A DNA stretch of 64,000 nt, taken from Minisyncoccota bacterium (lineage in GTDB: Bacteria; Patescibacteriota; Minisyncoccia; UBA6257; 2-01-FULL-56-20). The notes beneath the pieces were generated by a model, which had not been told where the DNA came from, searched no databases, and saw only the letters and a list, made by a program, of their open reading frames with translations. Below, in pieces: positions 9,726 to 19,315 of this stretch. Both the position numbers and the translations under genes were made by a program. The stretch covers positions 1,757 to 65,756 of the forward strand of contig DATAXS010000006.1 of assembly GCA_036266715.1 (NCBI GenBank), read 5' to 3'. Each line of letters starts with the position of its first letter. Position 1 is the first letter of the stretch.

Positions 9726-10547
9726 ATGTCGCTCCGGAGCAAAATAAAAAATCGGCTGCCGTGGTGGGCCCACTATCTTTACCGGAAAATATATTATTTG
9801 CCGCAGGACCTCCCGGCCGCGCTCGGCTTTATTTTCCACCAAACAAAGTCGCCGACCGCGATGGGCGCGCGTGCATCGCTTGTCCGCAAGTTCTATAAAA
9901 TCTCATATTATGTTGACTGTCCGCATACGGAGCATGAGCTGATCAAGATCGCGCGGCGCATTTTGGATCTGGGCACGCCCGGTGTGGGCAGTGCAGCGGG
10001 GACTGGTGGTGGTGTGCCGGGCGTGATCGTGGAAGCAGGTGCCTTCCACGGCGGGAGTACGGCCAAGCTCTCGCTCGTGGCCAAGCTCGCGGGACGTGAG
10101 TTCCACGTCTTCGATTCTTTTGAAGGGATGCCGGAAAACGGGGAAGCCGGCGGCAAGAGCATCTACGGCCGCGAGCACCATTTCCCGAAGGGGAGCCATG
10201 CGGTAGGGCTTGAGGAGGTAAAAGGCAATGTGGAAAAATATGGCGCCCCGGACCACGTGCATTTTCACAAAGGGTTTTTTAGCGCCACCATGCCGGCGTT
10301 CAAAGAGCCCGTGGCAGCTTCGTGCATCAACGTGGACCTTATGGAATCTACGCGTGACTGCCTCAAATGCCTCTATCCGCTTACTGCACGCGGTGGCGTC
10401 ATCTTTTCTCAGGACGCGCACTTCCCCTGGATAATAGCGCTTTTGAGCGACGACGCTTTCTGGCAGAAGGAAATTGGCGTGGAAAAGCCAAAAATGGAGG
10501 ACCTTGGCAGGTCAAAACTGGTAGCTATCTCCATGCCCGCTTCATGA
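9726..10547 (+). CDS. TylF/MycF-family SAM-dependent O-methyltransferase
   Basis: VIVEAGAFHGGST ... FDSFEGMPE ... DLMESTRDC are hallmark macrocin-O-methyltransferase motifs. Confidence 0.65.
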   Translation: MSLRSKIKNRLPWWAHYLYRKIYYLPQDLPAALGFIFHQTKSPTAMGARASLVRKFYKISYYVDCPHTEHELIKIARRILDLGTPGVGSAAGTGGGVPGVIVEAGAFHGGSTAKLSLVAKLAGREFHVFDSFEGMPENGEAGGKSIYGREHHFPKGSHAVGLEEVKGNVEKYGAPDHVHFHKGFFSATMPAFKEPVAASCINVDLMESTRDCLKCLYPLTARGGVIFSQDAHFPWIIALLSDDAFWQKEIGVEKPKMEDLGRSKLVAISMPAS

Positions 10548-10599
10548 AAACTTCACGAAAAAAGAGCTATCTAGATATGGAGTAAGCGCGCAAACGCGA

Positions 10600-12705
10600 T
10601 TGGCGAAAAAGACGCTCGCGTGGCACGTAAGCACCCAAAAGGACATGAAAAAACTCAAACAAATAAGCCTTTTCCTTCTTGTGCTTGCGGCGTATATCAT
10701 TTCCGGCAAACTAGGGCTCCAACTTGCGTCCATTCAGGCAAATGCCACGCCCATTTGGGCGCCCGCCGGTATTGCAACGGCGGCGCTCCTCATTCTGGGC
10801 TACCGTTTTTGGCCGGCAATATTTCTTGGTGCTTTTATTACGAATATTACGACGGGAGGAACGCCCGTGGCTGCAACGCTTGCAATCGCCATCGGCAACA
10901 CGCTGGAAGCGCTCCTTGCCGCCTACCTCGTGAACCGTTTTGCGAACGGCGTGCGTGCGCTCGATAAGACGGACAACGTGTTCCGCTTTGCGTTCCTCGC
11001 GGGCGGCGTGAGTCCCATGGTAAGCGCGACGATCGGGGTTACGAGCCTCTTCCTTGCGGGATCCCTGCATGCGGCGGACTTTACTTCCGTTTGGAGCACG
11101 TGGTGGCTGGGCGACGTGGGAGGCATGCTCATCATTGCGCCGTTCCTGCTCGCGTGGTTCACCGACCATGCGATCGAGTGGAGCACAAGAAAGATCCTTG
11201 AGGTCGTGGCGCTCGCCGCGCTGCTTTTTGCGTTTGCCCTTTTTGCGTTCAAAGGCACCCCGGGATTCATTTTTGTGTTCTACCTTTTTATTCCGGTTTT
11301 CGTATGGGTCGCGTTCCGGTTCAGCCAGCGGGAGACGGCGACCGTGCTCTTCGCCATGACCGAGATCACGCTTTATGAAACACTGCACGGCGAGGGGCCG
11401 TTCATCAATGCCGCGACGACGCTGAATGCGGCCCTGCTTCTTTTCCAGGCGGCGATGGTCACGATCGCTATCACCATGTTTGCGCTTTCCGCAGCGTCCG
11501 CCGAGGAACGGAAGCATGCGGTGGCGACCATACGGGCGAACGAACGGATGGAACAGGAAAAGGCGGTTGACGCGGCCATTATTGCGAGCGTGGGTGACGG
11601 GCTTATTGTGACCGACCAAGAAGGCAATATTGCGCTTGTAAATCCTCAAGCGGAAAAGTTTCTCGGCTGGCGGGCGGAGGAGATTGTCGGGAAAAAATAT
11701 TATGACGTGATCCAGGTGCAAAACGAGGATGGCGTGACCGTGGCGCTCTCCGAACGGCCGCTCGTGAAGACCGTCGCCGAACGGAAAAGGATTGCGAGTG
11801 GGCCGATGTTTGCCACGCGCTACTACGTGCGCAAGGACGGGGGCCGTTTCCCGGTTTCCTTCACCAAAACGCCCGTAATGCTCGGCGGCGAGGTCATCGG
11901 GACCATAGAAATTTTCCGCGACGCCACAAAGGGCGTGGAGATCGACCGCACAAAATCGGAGTTCGTATCGCTCGCGGCGCACCAGCTCCGCACGCCGCTT
12001 TCCATCATTGCCATGCACGCGGAGCTCCTCAAGAAGCAGGGCCAGCTTTTCGGCAACCACGACGAGGAGATGTGTGTGGATTATGCGACGGAGATCCACG
12101 ATGTTGCGATGCGCATGGCGGACCTCATCAACGACCTTCTGAACGTTTCCCGCATCGATACGCAGACGCTTGTCGTGACGCCGGGATCGGTCAATGTGCG
12201 GAGGCTTGTGGACGGTATCCTCCGGGAAATGGCGTTCAAGTTTTCCAGCCGGAATATTACCGTGCGCACGAACTATCCGGATCCCGCCCCGGAACTCGTG
12301 ACGGACCCACACCTTCTTGAGATCATAGTAGAGAATCTTTTGGGGAATGCGGTGAAATATACGCCTGAAGGGGGAAGGGTTTCCATTGTGGTGAGAGAAG
12401 AGGAGCTGGACATTGTGGTTACGATCACGGACACCGGCCACGGCATCCCGCATGCCCAGCACGGAGAAGTGTTCAAGAAATTTTTCCGTGCGGACAATGC
12501 GCGGCGGATGGCGAGCGAAGGCACCGGACTCGGCCTTTACATCGTGAAGTCGGTCGTGGAACGCCTGGGCGGTAGTATTTCCTTTGAGTCGCGCGAAGGC
12601 GAGGGGACGAGCTTTGTGGTGCATATTCCAAAGACGAGCGCGGAGGGACTGGGTATTCCGGAAGAAGACGATATTTCCACGCTCGCCGTGTCCTCTTCTT
12701 TATAA
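10600..12705 (+). CDS. sensor histidine kinase with MASE1 membrane domain, PAS domain, HisKA and HATPase
   Basis: N-terminal polytopic MASE1-like region (GKLGLQLA...IWAPAGIATAALL). PAS segment (VGDGLIVTDQEGNIALVN). H-box AAHQLRTPLS. N, G1 and G2 boxes (NAVKYT, DTGHGIP, GTGLGL). Confidence 0.8.
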   Translation: MAKKTLAWHVSTQKDMKKLKQISLFLLVLAAYIISGKLGLQLASIQANATPIWAPAGIATAALLILGYRFWPAIFLGAFITNITTGGTPVAATLAIAIGNTLEALLAAYLVNRFANGVRALDKTDNVFRFAFLAGGVSPMVSATIGVTSLFLAGSLHAADFTSVWSTWWLGDVGGMLIIAPFLLAWFTDHAIEWSTRKILEVVALAALLFAFALFAFKGTPGFIFVFYLFIPVFVWVAFRFSQRETATVLFAMTEITLYETLHGEGPFINAATTLNAALLLFQAAMVTIAITMFALSAASAEERKHAVATIRANERMEQEKAVDAAIIASVGDGLIVTDQEGNIALVNPQAEKFLGWRAEEIVGKKYYDVIQVQNEDGVTVALSERPLVKTVAERKRIASGPMFATRYYVRKDGGRFPVSFTKTPVMLGGEVIGTIEIFRDATKGVEIDRTKSEFVSLAAHQLRTPLSIIAMHAELLKKQGQLFGNHDEEMCVDYATEIHDVAMRMADLINDLLNVSRIDTQTLVVTPGSVNVRRLVDGILREMAFKFSSRNITVRTNYPDPAPELVTDPHLLEIIVENLLGNAVKYTPEGGRVSIVVREEELDIVVTITDTGHGIPHAQHGEVFKKFFRADNARRMASEGTGLGLYIVKSVVERLGGSISFESREGEGTSFVVHIPKTSAEGLGIPEEDDISTLAVSSSL

Positions 12706-12725
12706 TGTAAATCACCTTCACGTCC

Positions 12726-13127
12726 ATGCGTAAACCAAGGATTTTGATTGTGGAAGATGAACCGGCGATACTCCGCCTTCTTGCCAAAGTGTTTAGCGAG
12801 GAAGGGTTTGAGGTGTCCGCTGCGGAAGACGGGGAAAAAGGGCTCGCCGCGGGCCTCTTTGGCCAGCCCGACATTGTGCTCTTTGATATTGTGATGCCTA
12901 ACATGGATGGCATTACCATGCTCACCCGCATGCGGCGGGACGGCGGCAAATGGGGAAAGGGCGTGAAGGCGATCGTCTACAGCAACTTAAGCTATAACGA
13001 AACGCGCGACGAAGCGCGCGAAGCGGGCGTGGCGGATTTTCTCGTGAAGGTGAACGTGCGCGTGGATGAGGTCATCCGGCGGGTGCGCGAGGAGCTTGCC
13101 GCGTCCATGAGCGGAGAACTCAACTGA
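12726..13127 (+). CDS. stand-alone response-regulator receiver domain (CheY-like)
   Basis: ILIVEDE ... DIVLFDIVMPNMDG ... KAIVYSN. No output domain. Confidence 0.8.
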   Translation: MRKPRILIVEDEPAILRLLAKVFSEEGFEVSAAEDGEKGLAAGLFGQPDIVLFDIVMPNMDGITMLTRMRRDGGKWGKGVKAIVYSNLSYNETRDEAREAGVADFLVKVNVRVDEVIRRVREELAASMSGELN

Positions 13128-13146
13128 GCCGCGCGCCCAGCCGCGC

Positions 13147-13635
13147 CTATTTGTCCTTGTGTTTGTTGTTCAAAAGATGGAAGTGTAGAAACTTGTCTAT
13201 GCCGAAATATTCGCCCGCGTTCGCAAAAATGAGGATGAGCAAGCAGAGCATAAGGACGATCTCCCCGTTCGCGAATTCAAATGCCGAAAGGGGCGAGTAG
13301 CTGAACGTGGGAAGAAAGCTTGCAAGCGTGAGCACGATCCCTGCAAGCGCCATGAGGCGCATGACGAGCCCCAAGATAAGGCAAATGCCGATCACGAGGA
13401 ATGCCCACGCAAAGAACGTTTGGAGCGAGCCCGGCGCGCCGGCATTCGCGGCCACATTGGCCGTGAGCCACGAGTAGAGGTCGCCGAAGGACCGCGCCTG
13501 AAGCTCGTTCCCGAGCCCGTGATCAAACAGTGCCCCCCAACCGAGGTAGAAAAAGTTAATGCCGAGCGCGAGCCTCAGTAAAAAAATAATAAACCGCAGG
13601 GTGTGGGGGATCTTTGTGCCGGTGCCGTTCGTCAT
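13147..13635 (-). CDS. DoxX-family membrane protein
   Basis: Small protein with four predicted TM segments. RLALGINFFYLGWGALFD is typical of DoxX. Confidence 0.45.
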   Translation of the reverse strand: MTNGTGTKIPHTLRFIIFLLRLALGINFFYLGWGALFDHGLGNELQARSFGDLYSWLTANVAANAGAPGSLQTFFAWAFLVIGICLILGLVMRLMALAGIVLTLASFLPTFSYSPLSAFEFANGEIVLMLCLLILIFANAGEYFGIDKFLHFHLLNNKHKDK

Positions 13636-13700
13636 GCCGTGTGGATGTATAATAGTATTATAGTATATTCGGGTTACGCCCGACGGACATCAATCACCCA

Positions 13701-14225
13701 ATGGAAAACCACAAGAAGCATTCCCTCGGCCGCCGCGCATTTTTCCTTTTTCTCTCAAAACGTATCAAGTCGGTCATATTCCTGTTCATCGTGACGGCGG
13801 CGGTCTGGTGGAGCGAGAGGTGGGTTCCCGCCGGATATCTTCCCTGGGTCGCGTATGCCACCGAGCTTCTGTTTTTGATAAGCTGCGCATGGTTTGTTTT
13901 CATGCTTGTGCAGACCTATTTGGAATACCGTTATTACACCTATATGTTTACGGAAGAGGCGTTCATCATGACCTCCGGCTACATGATGCGGACCGAGGTA
14001 GCGGCGTTGTATCACCAGATCCAGAACGTGAACATTTACCGCAGTCCGGCGGACCGGCTTGCGGGCGTGAGCAAGGTGGTGATCTTTATGACCGGGAACG
14101 AAAAAGATTCGCCGCATAACAAGATCGTGCTTCCCGCGGTTGGCAGCAAAAAAGCAAAGCTGGTGCAAAAGGAATTGCTTTCCCGTGCCCGGCGCCACTT
14201 TGGGACGGTGAACGAAGCTGCGTGA
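13701..14225 (+). CDS. membrane protein with bacterial PH domain (bPH_2/YdbS-like)
   Basis: Two N-terminal TM helices followed by FTEEAFIMTSGYMMRTEVAALYHQIQNVNIYRSPADRLAGV (DUF304-like). Confidence 0.5.
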   Translation: MENHKKHSLGRRAFFLFLSKRIKSVIFLFIVTAAVWWSERWVPAGYLPWVAYATELLFLISCAWFVFMLVQTYLEYRYYTYMFTEEAFIMTSGYMMRTEVAALYHQIQNVNIYRSPADRLAGVSKVVIFMTGNEKDSPHNKIVLPAVGSKKAKLVQKELLSRARRHFGTVNEAA

Positions 14226-14249
14226 CCGCATGGGCGCTGCCGTAGGTCT

Positions 14250-15407
14250 CTACGAAATATCGGATTCCTTCGTGCGAGCAAGGAACGGGGAAATGGGTTT
14301 TACGAACCCCGCCATGGCAAGATCCAGTAGTTTAAGATATTGGTTTACGGCGGCGAGCGAAGGGGAATCGGGCGCGCTCATCTCCGTGAGCGAGCGCGTG
14401 ACGCCGTCTTTCCCCGTATAAAATACGCGGTCGTGCCAGAATTCGCGCCCTTTGAGCGCGGGATAGCGGTCCACGATCTCGCTTATCTGGCCGGCATAGC
14501 GCACGAAGAGCGATTTGCGGCTTTGTGGCATGAGGAGAATATCACTCTTCTTTTCGTCGCGGATCTCATGGACAAACTCCTGGAAGGTCCGGGCATTCGT
14601 GAGGTTGATCATGCCGCTCGGTTCTAAGCCGTGCCGGTCGCCGCCCGAAATGAGCGGGAGGCCGATGCGCTCCGCAATGACCATCACGCGCCGGTTCGTT
14701 TCCCACGATTGGAGCGCGTTCACCTCAAGCGCGTGCATCCATTTGCCGTAATGCGCAAGGAACTCATCCACCACCGGCACGGGAATCTCGCGGCCGATCC
14801 TTCCCTGGTCCGTCAAGGGGTGGTTGAGGACGATGAGCACTTCGGGGATCTTGTGGAGTCGCGCGAGGATGTCCGCCAGCACCTTGCCATCCGGTTTTGC
14901 GGTGAATGCACGCATTTCCGCAAGAAGCGAGGCACTTTTTGCGCGCGGCAGGTTGTGTACGCCTACATGGAAAATAAATTTTTTGTAAGGGACGCTCCAC
15001 TCAAGTGAGATAGGAACGTTCTTTTTGTGAATGTCTATAAGTTCCTCGTTCGCCGCGGTCTCGTCGTGGTCGGAAAGGGAAACAAGAGGGCTTAAATTTT
15101 CTTTTTCCACCTGTTTTGCCTCAAGGAGATACGCGTCCTCCGGCGATATGGGCGACGTCCAGTAAGCATAGCGGTAGTCAATGCCCTCGCCCCACTTTTT
15201 CTCGTGGCTTGCTTCGGCACGGGCGAGGAGCCGGGCAAAGGGGGATACCTTTTCGGCGAAATCGGGGAGAAATCCAAGGTTTTCCTTTGAGTGCCACGTG
15301 TGGCCGTGCAGCGACACGCCCGTCAGGAATTTTTCACGCCGTGAACTCCTCCTCCACTTGTAATGGAAATTCGTAGCCATGCGCTTCGGGGAAATGATGT
15401 GATTCAA
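14250..15407 (-). CDS. PHP-domain metal-dependent phosphoesterase-like protein
   Basis: LHGHTWHS and ISGGDRHG are PHP-type His/Asp metal-binding motifs. Confidence 0.45.
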   Translation of the reverse strand: MNHIISPKRMATNFHYKWRRSSRREKFLTGVSLHGHTWHSKENLGFLPDFAEKVSPFARLLARAEASHEKKWGEGIDYRYAYWTSPISPEDAYLLEAKQVEKENLSPLVSLSDHDETAANEELIDIHKKNVPISLEWSVPYKKFIFHVGVHNLPRAKSASLLAEMRAFTAKPDGKVLADILARLHKIPEVLIVLNHPLTDQGRIGREIPVPVVDEFLAHYGKWMHALEVNALQSWETNRRVMVIAERIGLPLISGGDRHGLEPSGMINLTNARTFQEFVHEIRDEKKSDILLMPQSRKSLFVRYAGQISEIVDRYPALKGREFWHDRVFYTGKDGVTRSLTEMSAPDSPSLAAVNQYLKLLDLAMAGFVKPISPFLARTKESDIS

Positions 15408-15647
15408 TTATATACGAACATTGCGAAAAAGAAAAACCCGACATACGAGAAGGTATGAACCGGCGTCCAAAAGCCCCGCGGGCATACATAACGGGTCATT
15501 TTCTTTATACGCGGAAATGGAGAAGCGCGAGGGAAAAAAGTTTCATGAACAACATGAAGGATTTTTCTTGACACGCGCGGTGGGTGCTCTAAAATATTCC
15601 TAACAGCAAGAAACTTTTTCCGGGTTTCCCCTGTTGCCTAAAAATAA

Positions 15648-17702
15648 ATGAAAAAAATAATTGTGTTCGTGTGCTTTGTGTTCGCAGGTTTTTTTGTTCA
15701 CCAAAATGTCATGAACACGGCGCACGCCGATTCGCCCTTCACTATGGCGGTGCAGGGGTCGGCGACTGCGGCCGTTGGCCAGGGGGACGGCCTTTCCGCA
15801 TCCGTCACGGACAGCGGCAATTCCGTTTCGAATGTGATCGTAGACGTGGAAGTGCACGACGCATCCGGCGCCAGGGTGTTCCAGCAGTTCTTCTCCGGCC
15901 AGAATTTCGGTTCGGGCCAAACGCAGAATTACAGCGCGGGATGGACGCCGACCGCGAACGGCACGTATACCGTGGATGCGGGCGTTTTTAATGCCGATTG
16001 GTCGCAGCTTCTTTCCTGGGAACAGGCCGGGCTTACGGTAACGGTGGGCGGCGCGGCGGCGCCGAGCTTCACCGCGACGGCAAGTGCGAGCCCCGCCGCG
16101 CCGACCACAGGCCAGCCCGTCAACGTGTCGTTCAACGTGCAGGACGGCAACGCGCCGGCGAACGGCATGATCGTGGATTTTGAGGTCTATGGTCCCTCCG
16201 GCGCAAAGGCATACCAGCAGTTCTTTTCCGGCCAAAACTTTTCCGCGGGTCAAACGAATTCCTACACGGCGTCGTGGACGCCGAGCGCCACGGGGAACTA
16301 TACCGTGGACGTAGGGGTCTTCACGGCAAATTGGGCAGAGACCGTTTCCTGGACAAATGTTTTGGGAACGACGGTCGCGCAATCAAATCCGCAGTTTAAT
16401 GTGGCGGCAAACGTGAACCCCACCGCTCCCACGCCCGGGCAGGCAGTGTCGCTCGGCGCGAACGTCACGGATGCCGGCGGCCCGGTGTCAAACGTCATCA
16501 CCGACCTTGAGGTGCATGATGCTTCCGGCAACAAAGTGTTCCAGCAATTCTTTACCGGCCAGAACTTTTCTGCGGGCGGGACCCAGTCCTACAACGTGAA
16601 TTGGACGCCATCCTCGGCAAGCACCTACACGTTTGACGTCGGCATATTCAATGCCGATTGGTCCCAACTTCTTTCCTGGAATGCGGCGGAAAATATCAAT
16701 GTGGCAACGGCCGCGACGGAAGATCCACCCGCGCCAACCCCAACCCCGACCCCGACCCCGGCACCAACACCGACTCCCACTCCCACGCCGGTGGCCACTC
16801 CTGTCGCGAATTCGGTGTTGAGTGCGACGGTAGCGCTTTTGAACAGCCCCTTTTACGTTGACCCGGATTCGCAAGCAGCGGTTTCCGCAAGTTCGCTTAC
16901 CTCAAGCGATCCAACGGACGCGGCATTGATCAATATTATTGCCACTGAGCCGACGGGTGTCTGGTTCGGCGGCTGGAACACGGACGTGTACCAGGATGTG
17001 AACGCGCTTGTGAGCGCCGCGCAGAATACGGGGAAGACCCCGGTGCTCGTGGCGTACAACATTCCCAATCGTGACTGCGGCGGGTATTCCGCCGGCGGCG
17101 CGCAAACTCCGGCCGCATACCAATCGTGGATACGATCTTTTGCGAGCGGCATTGGCAACCGGAGCGCGATCGTGATCCTTGAGCCGGACGGGCTCGCCAA
17201 CATGGATTGCCTTTCGGCAGCGGACCAGGTGACGCGGGAAGGACTTTTGAACTACGCGGTGGGCATCTTGAAATCGCTTGGCAATACCAAAGTCTATCTT
17301 GATGCGGGCAATCCGAACTGGATATCCGCGGGGGACATGGCTCCGCGGCTTGAGGCCGCCGGCATCGCGCAGGCGGATGGATTTTCGCTCAACGTCTCCA
17401 ACTTCTATACGACGTCGGCAAACGTGGCATTCGGCGAATCGCTCTCGGCGCTCGTAGGCGGCAAGCACTTTGTGGTGGACACAAGCCGCAACGGCAACGG
17501 TTCCTTGAACGGCGAGTGGTGCAACCCAGCGGGCATGGCGCTCGGCAACACGCCGACGTTCAAGACGGGAAATCCGTTAGTAGATGCATATCTTTGGATC
17601 AAGCCGCCCGGCGAATCGGATGGGACGTGCAACGGCGGACCTTCGGCGGGGACATGGTGGTCGCAGTATGCGGTAGGTTTGGCGCAAGCAGCGGGTTACT
17701 GA
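15648..17702 (+). CDS. secreted glycoside hydrolase family 6 (cellulase) with three N-terminal ~105-aa repeat domains and a PT-rich linker
   Basis: Signal peptide. Three repeats of V(S/T)D.G..VSNVI.D.EVHDASG..VFQQFF(S/T)GQNF..GQT..Y...WTP...G.YTVD.GVF.A(D/N)W (aa ~30-365). PT linker PPAPTPTPTPTPAPTPTPTPTP (nt ~16723-16790). C-terminal GH6 motifs YNIPNRDCGG, ILEPDGLANM and WIKPPGESDG. Confidence 0.8.
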   Translation: MKKIIVFVCFVFAGFFVHQNVMNTAHADSPFTMAVQGSATAAVGQGDGLSASVTDSGNSVSNVIVDVEVHDASGARVFQQFFSGQNFGSGQTQNYSAGWTPTANGTYTVDAGVFNADWSQLLSWEQAGLTVTVGGAAAPSFTATASASPAAPTTGQPVNVSFNVQDGNAPANGMIVDFEVYGPSGAKAYQQFFSGQNFSAGQTNSYTASWTPSATGNYTVDVGVFTANWAETVSWTNVLGTTVAQSNPQFNVAANVNPTAPTPGQAVSLGANVTDAGGPVSNVITDLEVHDASGNKVFQQFFTGQNFSAGGTQSYNVNWTPSSASTYTFDVGIFNADWSQLLSWNAAENINVATAATEDPPAPTPTPTPTPAPTPTPTPTPVATPVANSVLSATVALLNSPFYVDPDSQAAVSASSLTSSDPTDAALINIIATEPTGVWFGGWNTDVYQDVNALVSAAQNTGKTPVLVAYNIPNRDCGGYSAGGAQTPAAYQSWIRSFASGIGNRSAIVILEPDGLANMDCLSAADQVTREGLLNYAVGILKSLGNTKVYLDAGNPNWISAGDMAPRLEAAGIAQADGFSLNVSNFYTTSANVAFGESLSALVGGKHFVVDTSRNGNGSLNGEWCNPAGMALGNTPTFKTGNPLVDAYLWIKPPGESDGTCNGGPSAGTWWSQYAVGLAQAAGY

Positions 17703-19312
17703 TAATTTACTACGGATAAAGTGGCAGACGACGTGGACGACGCCTGTTCCGTGCTCGGTGTGCCCGCCGCGCCCGCACCGCCCGAAACGGCATACGAATT
17801 TACGATTGTCTGCATATCCGCGAGCGTGGTGTTGTTGTAGTTCAGCTGGTAGACGTAGAGCGTGAGGTCCGGGGAAAAGTTCTGTTCGTAGAGGCGCTGG
17901 TAATGTGTTTCAAAATACATTTGAAGATCGCTTTCATACCCCTGGTTGTAGCTCAAGATGAGATAGAGCTTTTGGTAGTTCCCGAATGTCCCCACGTTCG
18001 CCGCGAGCGTGCTTGTGGTGAACGCGGGGATGGGACCGGACACGAGCTGGTCCCAGACGGGGAGCGTGGTCAGCGTGGCGCTCCCGGTGTAGTAGTACTC
18101 AAAGGGATAGACGGTGAATGGCGCGGAAACGGCCACGATGTCCCGGCTTGATGCGTTCGCCGAAACATAGGAGGCCACTTGGGAATAATCTTCTTTGACC
18201 GACGCCTGCGGGTTCACCGTTTGTATCTGGAGCATGACGACCATAAACCCTGCGAGCGCGAACTTCCCGACCGTGGCTGCGGATTGCGGATAGAACGAGA
18301 AGAACCAGGCGACCGCGAGACAGAACGATGGGAAGAAACCGATGAAATAGCGCGAAAGATAGAACGGCTCAATGACGTGGCTTAATGCCGCTGCGAGGAC
18401 GATGGGTACGATTGCTGCCGCAGTAAAGTAAACGCCTTCCGGCGACACCTTCTGGTTTTTTTGGAGCGCAAAAAAAAGCAGTAGCGTAAGGAGTGGCCAT
18501 GCGGAAAGAATAGCAGTGTTCAAGGGGTCTGCCTGGAAACCAAAGAGGAAGTTGGAGAATGTATTAAAGACATCAACCGTGGAAGGCGCCGTGAGCTTTG
18601 GCGTGGTGTTTGCGCCGAAGCCGCCCAGCGTGTGGACGTAGTAGAGCCACGGGACAAAGAGTGCCGCAAGAATGAGCGTGATCATCACAAAATTCCTCAA
18701 AGAGTGTTTGGGGAATATTTTGTGGTAGGCGATATAGAAAAGCCCGTCCACGCCGAGCATAAGAAGGAAGAAGTAATGGGTGTAGATCCCCAAAAGACAG
18801 GAAAAGAAATAACCGAACCAATATGCCTTCCGATGCTCCGGCTTTCCCTTAAAGAGAAGGATAAAAAATATTTGGCTTGCCACGGTGACGAGCGTGAGCA
18901 GGCTGTACATCCGGATAATGCTCCCGTACCAGTTGGTAAACGGGGAAATGGTAAAAAGGATGGTGGCAAAAATGGAGAGCGATTCATTGAACGCTATTTT
19001 TCCCAAGTAATACACGAGAGGAATGGTCACAAGGTAAAAAATGAGCGAGAGCAGGCGCGCGACCGTGACCGAGCTACCGAAGAGCATCAGCCAGTAGTGG
19101 AGCATGATGTGGTAGAGCGGCACGTGCACGTCCTGGCCCACCACGTAGAATATTCCCGTAAAGGTGTGCTCCGCCTGCCAGAGGGTTTGCGATTCATCCA
19201 GCCCGATGCTCTGCGGCATCATATAAAACATTGAGAAGAGGAAGGCAAAAACGACGAGCCCGATGAGAATGTAGGGTATGTAGACGCGTTTCATTGCGCG
19301 GCGCAAAGACAA
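17696..19312 (-). CDS. GT-C fold glycosyltransferase (PMT_2 / ArnT / GT39-like), polytopic membrane protein
   Basis: More than 10 TM helices. N-terminal loop with conserved acidic residues (GLDESQTLW). Layout typical of PF13231. Confidence 0.65.
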   Translation of the reverse strand: MSLRRAMKRVYIPYILIGLVVFAFLFSMFYMMPQSIGLDESQTLWQAEHTFTGIFYVVGQDVHVPLYHIMLHYWLMLFGSSVTVARLLSLIFYLVTIPLVYYLGKIAFNESLSIFATILFTISPFTNWYGSIIRMYSLLTLVTVASQIFFILLFKGKPEHRKAYWFGYFFSCLLGIYTHYFFLLMLGVDGLFYIAYHKIFPKHSLRNFVMITLILAALFVPWLYYVHTLGGFGANTTPKLTAPSTVDVFNTFSNFLFGFQADPLNTAILSAWPLLTLLLFFALQKNQKVSPEGVYFTAAAIVPIVLAAALSHVIEPFYLSRYFIGFFPSFCLAVAWFFSFYPQSAATVGKFALAGFMVVMLQIQTVNPQASVKEDYSQVASYVSANASSRDIVAVSAPFTVYPFEYYYTGSATLTTLPVWDQLVSGPIPAFTTSTLAANVGTFGNYQKLYLILSYNQGYESDLQMYFETHYQRLYEQNFSPDLTLYVYQLNYNNTTLADMQTIVNSYAVSGGAGAAGTPSTEQASSTSSATLSVVNYQ

Positions 19313-19315
19313 TTT

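Noticed and set aside
10711-12624. 637-aa ORF on the minus strand, antisense to the histidine kinase gene
   Set aside because: Arg/His-rich low-complexity translation typical of the antisense frame of a GC-rich gene. The plus-strand HK has clear domain motifs.
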